The notes under the pieces were generated by a model that did not search any database, had not been told where the DNA came from, and saw only the letters and a list, made by a program, of their open reading frames with translations. This document shows, one piece after another, positions 28,215 to 32,000 of a stretch of DNA of 32,000 nt; the first letter of the stretch is position 1, and each line of letters starts with the position of its first letter. Source of the stretch: Opitutales bacterium. GTDB taxonomy: Bacteria > Verrucomicrobiota > Verrucomicrobiia > Opitutales > PNEW01. The position numbers and the translations under genes are program-made. The DNA lies in contig CBDCNV010000002.1 in the NCBI GenBank assembly GCA_965219535.1, positions 570,001 to 602,000 of the forward strand, in the 5' to 3' direction.

Positions 28215-28994
28215 TCAATCCTGAATTGCGCTGAGTTCGTCCTCGGATATTTTATGAACGCTTTTTGGGTTGAAGGTTTGTTTTGTTCCCACCCTCAAAG
28301 CCACTTCAATTCTTCCACCGGTTAAGACAAAGAACTGAAGGAGAAATCCCCCACCTTCCATCGTCTCTACCTGGTACTGATCCTCTTTCAAGTTTCCGAT
28401 CCAAGCGGGTAGTCGATCGCTAAATGCTGGATTGTCCATGACCGCTTTGGGCAAGGCGATGATTAGCGTCCCGGGTTCGTCGCCGATGACTTCTCCAATC
28501 CGCTTCCGCATCATTCTCATATGAGAGATAATTTTTCCCGCATATTCAAAAATGTCGGAGCCATTCTTTTCCGGCGGGGCAATACCCCAGGTGATATGGT
28601 GAATAAAGGGGTTTCCATAGCCTTGGTTCAGCATGTGTTCACGGGCCTCTGCATCAACGGGGTGAACGACGGCTACATAATCAAACCACCCTTTTTTTCG
28701 TGATGAGCTGTCTCCCGGTAACCCGGAGGGGACATTGATATAATCATGTTCATCTACGGGTGAAGGATAGCAGCGATTATCCCAACCGGCTATATAGCCC
28801 AGCTTTTTCAAGGGACCGGCTACAAGATGGGCGGGGTCGGTAAAAATCGCGGCATGATCCGGGTTCGGTAAAAGCGGCACTCCTGCAGACGTAATTTTCT
28901 CTGCTATCTCAAGTGCTTCCTGGATTCTCTCTTCCGCATTCTGAATTTTCAGATGTGCGCTGAAATCAGCTGGCAATATAAAACCCTTTCCCAT
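28215..28994 (-). CDS. hypothetical protein, possibly a VOC-fold / HPPD-like metalloenzyme
   Basis: A well-formed 259-aa ORF from MGKGFILPADF. GGGFLLQFFV...RIEVALR resembles the HPPD C-terminal GYLLQIFT...FFEIIQR signature, and candidate His ligands lie in VAVVHPV and FIHHITW. The ORF-track start (29078) was rejected because the first 28 codons translate the repeat element. Confidence 0.5.
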   Translation of the reverse strand: MGKGFILPADFSAHLKIQNAEERIQEALEIAEKITSAGVPLLPNPDHAAIFTDPAHLVAGPLKKLGYIAGWDNRCYPSPVDEHDYINVPSGLPGDSSSRKKGWFDYVAVVHPVDAEAREHMLNQGYGNPFIHHITWGIAPPEKNGSDIFEYAGKIISHMRMMRKRIGEVIGDEPGTLIIALPKAVMDNPAFSDRLPAWIGNLKEDQYQVETMEGGGFLLQFFVLTGGRIEVALRVGTKQTFNPKSVHKISEDELSAIQD

Positions 28995-28998
28995 GTTT

Positions 28999-29079
28999 CG
29001 ATTTTCAATTGTCGATTGTCGATGGCAAATTGCTGATTGTCGAATGAAGAATAGCCACAAAAGGCACAAAAAGCACAAG
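28999..29079 (-). repeat. composite repeat: 7 phased heptamers (cgatttt caattgt cgattgt cgatggc aaattgc tgattgt cgaatga) plus 3 nonamer units (gccacaaaaggcacaaaaagcacaag)
   Basis: Read directly from the sequence. Its reverse complement is collinear with 21860-21918, including the exact block tgtggctatt. It starts 4 nt upstream of the start codon at 28994. Confidence 0.7.
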
Positions 29080-29240
29080 AAAGAGAGAGATTTTTAAAAG
29101 TAAGATTCACGAATTGAAGCGAAGGCGAAGCCCGCCTGTCGGCACAAACCCAGTGCAATGGATGAACATTCTCCATTTAGACCATTAGATAGTTTTCCAA
29201 ATGATCCGTGTAATCCTCGGTATTTCATATTTATTTTTCT

Positions 29241-29266
29241 CTTGTGCCTTTTGTGCTTTTTGTGGC
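29241..29266 (+). repeat. nonamer block cttgtgccttttgtgctttttgtggc, the inverted partner of 29054-29079
   Basis: The reverse complement matches 29054-29079 at 24 of 26 positions, with a 161-nt spacer. It ends 20 nt upstream of the adenine deaminase ATG. Confidence 0.7.
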
Positions 29267-29286
29267 CAACTCTCAGCATATACCGT

Positions 29287-30912
29287 ATGAAAATTTCCGG
29301 TCACCTCGTTGATATTCCGAATCACAAGATCACGCCCGGTATAGTGCACGTGCATGAAAACCGGATTAATAGAATAGAGAAGTCGGATTCCGTGGACGAT
29401 CAATATATACTACCCGGGTTTATCGACGCACATGTTCATATCGAGAGTTCGATGTTGGTGCCCTCTGAATTTGCGCGCTTAGCAGTCCCACATGGTACCG
29501 TAGCGACGATTTCTGATCCTCATGAGATCGGTAACGTTCTGGGAGTGGATGGGGTAAAATACATGATCGAAAGTGGAAATAAGGTTAATTTTAAATTTTT
29601 CTTCGGTGCGCCTTCCTGTGTCCCCGCGACAATTTTTGAAACTGCCGGTGCCAAATTGACCGTTCAGGATATTGAAGTCCTTTTTAAAGATCACGGTGTT
29701 AAATATCTTGCCGAAATGATGAATTGGCCGGGCGTGCTCAATAAAGATGAAGAGGTTTATGCAAAACTCGCTCTGGCAAAAAAATATAAGCGAAATATAG
29801 ATGGTCACGCTCCTGGGCTAATAGGGGAGGAAGCGAAAAGGTATATCGATGCGGGGATAAGCACCGATCACGAATGTTATTCGAAGGAGGAAGCTCTCGA
29901 CAAATTGAAGTGTGGAATGAAAGTAATCATCCGCGAAGGTAGCGCCGCTAAGAATTTTGATGCGCTGATCGATCTCATGAACACCTATTCTGAACACATG
30001 ATGCTTTGTTCTGATGATAAGCATCCTGATAATCTCGTCGAAGGGCATATTAACGTTCTCGTGAGAAGAGCTATCGCAATAGGAATTGATCTTTACAAAG
30101 TTCTTGCCGCTGCATGCATCAATCCTGTTGAGCATTATGGATTAGAGGTAGGTCTTTTGGAAGAGGGGGACTTTGCGGATTTTATTGTCGTAAATAACCT
30201 GAAAGATTTTCAAGTAAGCAAGACATACATCAACGGGCATTGTGTAGCGGAGGACGGGAAACCTAAAATCGATTCAGTGAAAAATGAAATAATTAATAAC
30301 TTCAATGTAGGCTACAAAAGTGTTCATGACTTTCAGATTCGCGCAGCTGGAAGCCATGCCCATGTCATCGAAGCGCTGAATGGACAAATCATTACTAAGA
30401 GCGAGGTGCTCGCGGTTAAGAATCAATCGGGTCACGCGATAGCTGATAGTGAAAATGATATGCTTAAAATTACGGTTGTTAACCGCTACGAAGATTGCGA
30501 ACCATCAGTTGCATTCATTAAGAATTTTGGATTGAAAGAGGGCGCTATCGCTTCCTCGGTTGCTCACGACTCTCACAACATCATCGCGGTCGGTGTCGAC
30601 GACGATTCACTCTGTAAAGCGGTAAACATGCTCATTAAAGCCAAGGGGGGAATTTGCGCGGTAACGCCGAGTAAGGAAAAATTATTATCCCTGCCGGTAG
30701 CCGGATTAATGACAACGCAAGACGGGTATGAAGTTGCCAATAGCTACACAGAAATAGACAAAATGGCCAAGGAAATGGGAAGTAAACTCGACTCACCCTT
30801 TATGACGCTATCCTTTATGGCCCTTCTCGTTATTCCCTCCCTAAAACTTAGTGACCTCGGCCTCTTCGACGGTGAACAGTTCACCTTTAGCGAATTGTTC
30901 GTTAATAAATAA
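29287..30912 (+). CDS. ade: adenine deaminase
   Basis: Amidohydrolase motif PGFIDAHVHIESSM, with overall length and pattern typical of Ade. I moved the start from 29158 to the ATG at 29287 (MKISGHLVDI) because the upstream codons translate the repeat. Confidence 0.85.
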   Translation: MKISGHLVDIPNHKITPGIVHVHENRINRIEKSDSVDDQYILPGFIDAHVHIESSMLVPSEFARLAVPHGTVATISDPHEIGNVLGVDGVKYMIESGNKVNFKFFFGAPSCVPATIFETAGAKLTVQDIEVLFKDHGVKYLAEMMNWPGVLNKDEEVYAKLALAKKYKRNIDGHAPGLIGEEAKRYIDAGISTDHECYSKEEALDKLKCGMKVIIREGSAAKNFDALIDLMNTYSEHMMLCSDDKHPDNLVEGHINVLVRRAIAIGIDLYKVLAAACINPVEHYGLEVGLLEEGDFADFIVVNNLKDFQVSKTYINGHCVAEDGKPKIDSVKNEIINNFNVGYKSVHDFQIRAAGSHAHVIEALNGQIITKSEVLAVKNQSGHAIADSENDMLKITVVNRYEDCEPSVAFIKNFGLKEGAIASSVAHDSHNIIAVGVDDDSLCKAVNMLIKAKGGICAVTPSKEKLLSLPVAGLMTTQDGYEVANSYTEIDKMAKEMGSKLDSPFMTLSFMALLVIPSLKLSDLGLFDGEQFTFSELFVNK

Positions 30913-30962
30913 ATGTAAGTGTTGAAATTCGAATAATAATTTTTTTAAAAATATATCTAAAA

Positions 30963-31787
30963 ATGGCAGAATCAATCCCACTTATAGAGTATCATGACCT
31001 TGAGAGTCAGGTCAAAGCGATGGAGCGAGATGGTTATGCCTATTTTCCTAATGTCCTGAATGCGGAGGAAATTGCGGAACTGAAAGCTGGTTTAGATGCC
31101 TTGGAACCAATTGAGGAGAATTTCGATTATTATAGTACCCCCGAAAAGGTCGTATATGGTAATGATCCGAATCAAAAATTTTTACAAAAACACATTAAAA
31201 ACATTTTTAATCACAACGTCCTTTTTTTGAAATACATTGACCGGTCTCCAGTGATTGAATTGACAGAGGCGATACATGGTGAGGAGTGCCATATCATTGG
31301 CCAGACTGGATGGGTAACCGGACAAGGTCGACCCGATCAAAATCTACATGTCGACTGGCTTCCCGTGCCACTACCCGAGGAAGTTATGAGCAATCCAAAG
31401 GTTAAAGTACCCCTCTTTATTTCGACCGCGCACTTTTATCTGGATGATATCGACGAAGAGATTGGTCCAACAAAGTTCGTTCCTGGCAGCCATCGATCAG
31501 GTCGGCCACCGAATGGAGACACCACCTGGAATGCAGTTGAAGAACAGAGCATTCACTGCAAAGCGGGTGATGTCGTTCAGTTCAGGAGCGAAGTTTGGCA
31601 TCGCGGTTCTGCGAACAAAAGCAACAGAACCCGTTATCTCATGCAAGTACACTACTCACATCGAATGATTACACAGAAGTTTCCGCCTTACCCTCACCGT
31701 TTCAGATTTAATGAATCCATTTTAGCTCAATCCACACCTCGCCAGCGACGCCTTCTGGGCGAGCACAAACCGTCTAATTACGATTAG
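30963..31787 (+). CDS. phytanoyl-CoA dioxygenase (PhyH) family Fe(II)/2-oxoglutarate oxygenase
   Basis: An HxD...H facial triad is present (NLHVDW and EVWHRGSAN), and the size of 274 aa is typical. Confidence 0.8.
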   Translation: MAESIPLIEYHDLESQVKAMERDGYAYFPNVLNAEEIAELKAGLDALEPIEENFDYYSTPEKVVYGNDPNQKFLQKHIKNIFNHNVLFLKYIDRSPVIELTEAIHGEECHIIGQTGWVTGQGRPDQNLHVDWLPVPLPEEVMSNPKVKVPLFISTAHFYLDDIDEEIGPTKFVPGSHRSGRPPNGDTTWNAVEEQSIHCKAGDVVQFRSEVWHRGSANKSNRTRYLMQVHYSHRMITQKFPPYPHRFRFNESILAQSTPRQRRLLGEHKPSNYD

Positions 31788-31931
31788 TTCTACCCCCCCG
31801 CTCCGACTCTTATTTACTCAGGCATGGCTTAAAAATAAAACAAAATAAATTAAGCCACTTTCGAATATTACTTACATAGTGTAACTGATTCCCTACTATA
31901 GAGTTTAATAAATTAGTAGAGAATTTAGATA

Positions 31932-32000
31932 ATGAAAGTATTTTCCCCATCGGCTTTTTTCTTTTTTTCGGGTGTGTGCATCTTGTTCCTATCTGCGTAC
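31932..32000 (+). CDS. possible start of a secreted or membrane protein, truncated by the window end
   Basis: ATG followed by MKVFSPSAFFFFSGVCILFLSAY (signal-peptide-like). Only 23 codons are visible. Confidence 0.25.
   Translation, partial: MKVFSPSAFFFFSGVCILFLSAY

Noticed and set aside
28949-29286. ORFs 28949-29176 and 29094-29279, and the long N-terminal extensions of the 28215-29078 and 29158-30912 ORFs.
   Set aside because: They are encoded entirely by the inverted nonamer/heptamer repeat (CAFCAFCG, HKKHKRHKRK, CFLCLLWLFF). Conserved protein sequence begins at the internal Met codons at 28994 and 29287.
31826-31856. The hairpin ggcttaa-N17-ttaagcc after the PhyH gene, as a possible terminator.
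   Set aside because: It has an AT-rich 7-bp stem with a 17-nt loop and no T-tail, which is too weak to call.

Overview
This window looks like a chromosomal segment from a PVC-superphylum bacterium (Verrucomicrobiota- or Planctomycetota-like). That assignment is inferred from gene content only. At nt 1-5906 is the distal part of a Planctomycetes/Verrucomicrobia-type bacterial microcompartment (BMC) operon. It encodes an acetate kinase (cut by the window edge), one BMC-H shell protein, three BMC-P vertex paralogs, an acylating aldehyde dehydrogenase with an N-terminal encapsulation peptide, a class II aldolase with extensions at both ends, and an LDH/MDH-family dehydrogenase. The rest is mostly housekeeping. 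It includes transketolase, a LON-N-domain protein, a small HhH protein, dnaK-groES-groEL, metF, a GT2-NhaC pair, a lone exbD, metX-metW and an M50 peptidase. It also includes a cfa-like methyltransferase, DHCR24-like FAD reductase and TPR operon, which is a candidate mid-chain methyl-branched fatty acid cassette. The remaining genes are a MATE exporter, a secreted TPR protein, an uncharacterised VOC/HPPD-like protein, adenine deaminase and a PhyH-family dioxygenase. I found no rRNA, tRNA, CRISPR array, transposase or integrase. The least explained signal is in the intergenic DNA, where two interleaved repeat families occur. One has a core of ccctattgtcattgcgag...gctaccgNgcgtgaaacNcgacatcttcc. 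The other is a composite of GSCACAAAA nonamers plus phased NMAATCG heptamer tracts. They form two MITE-like inverted-repeat structures (about 435 bp and 213 bp), sit within about 0-25 nt of start or stop codons, and create spurious ORFs and false N-terminal extensions.
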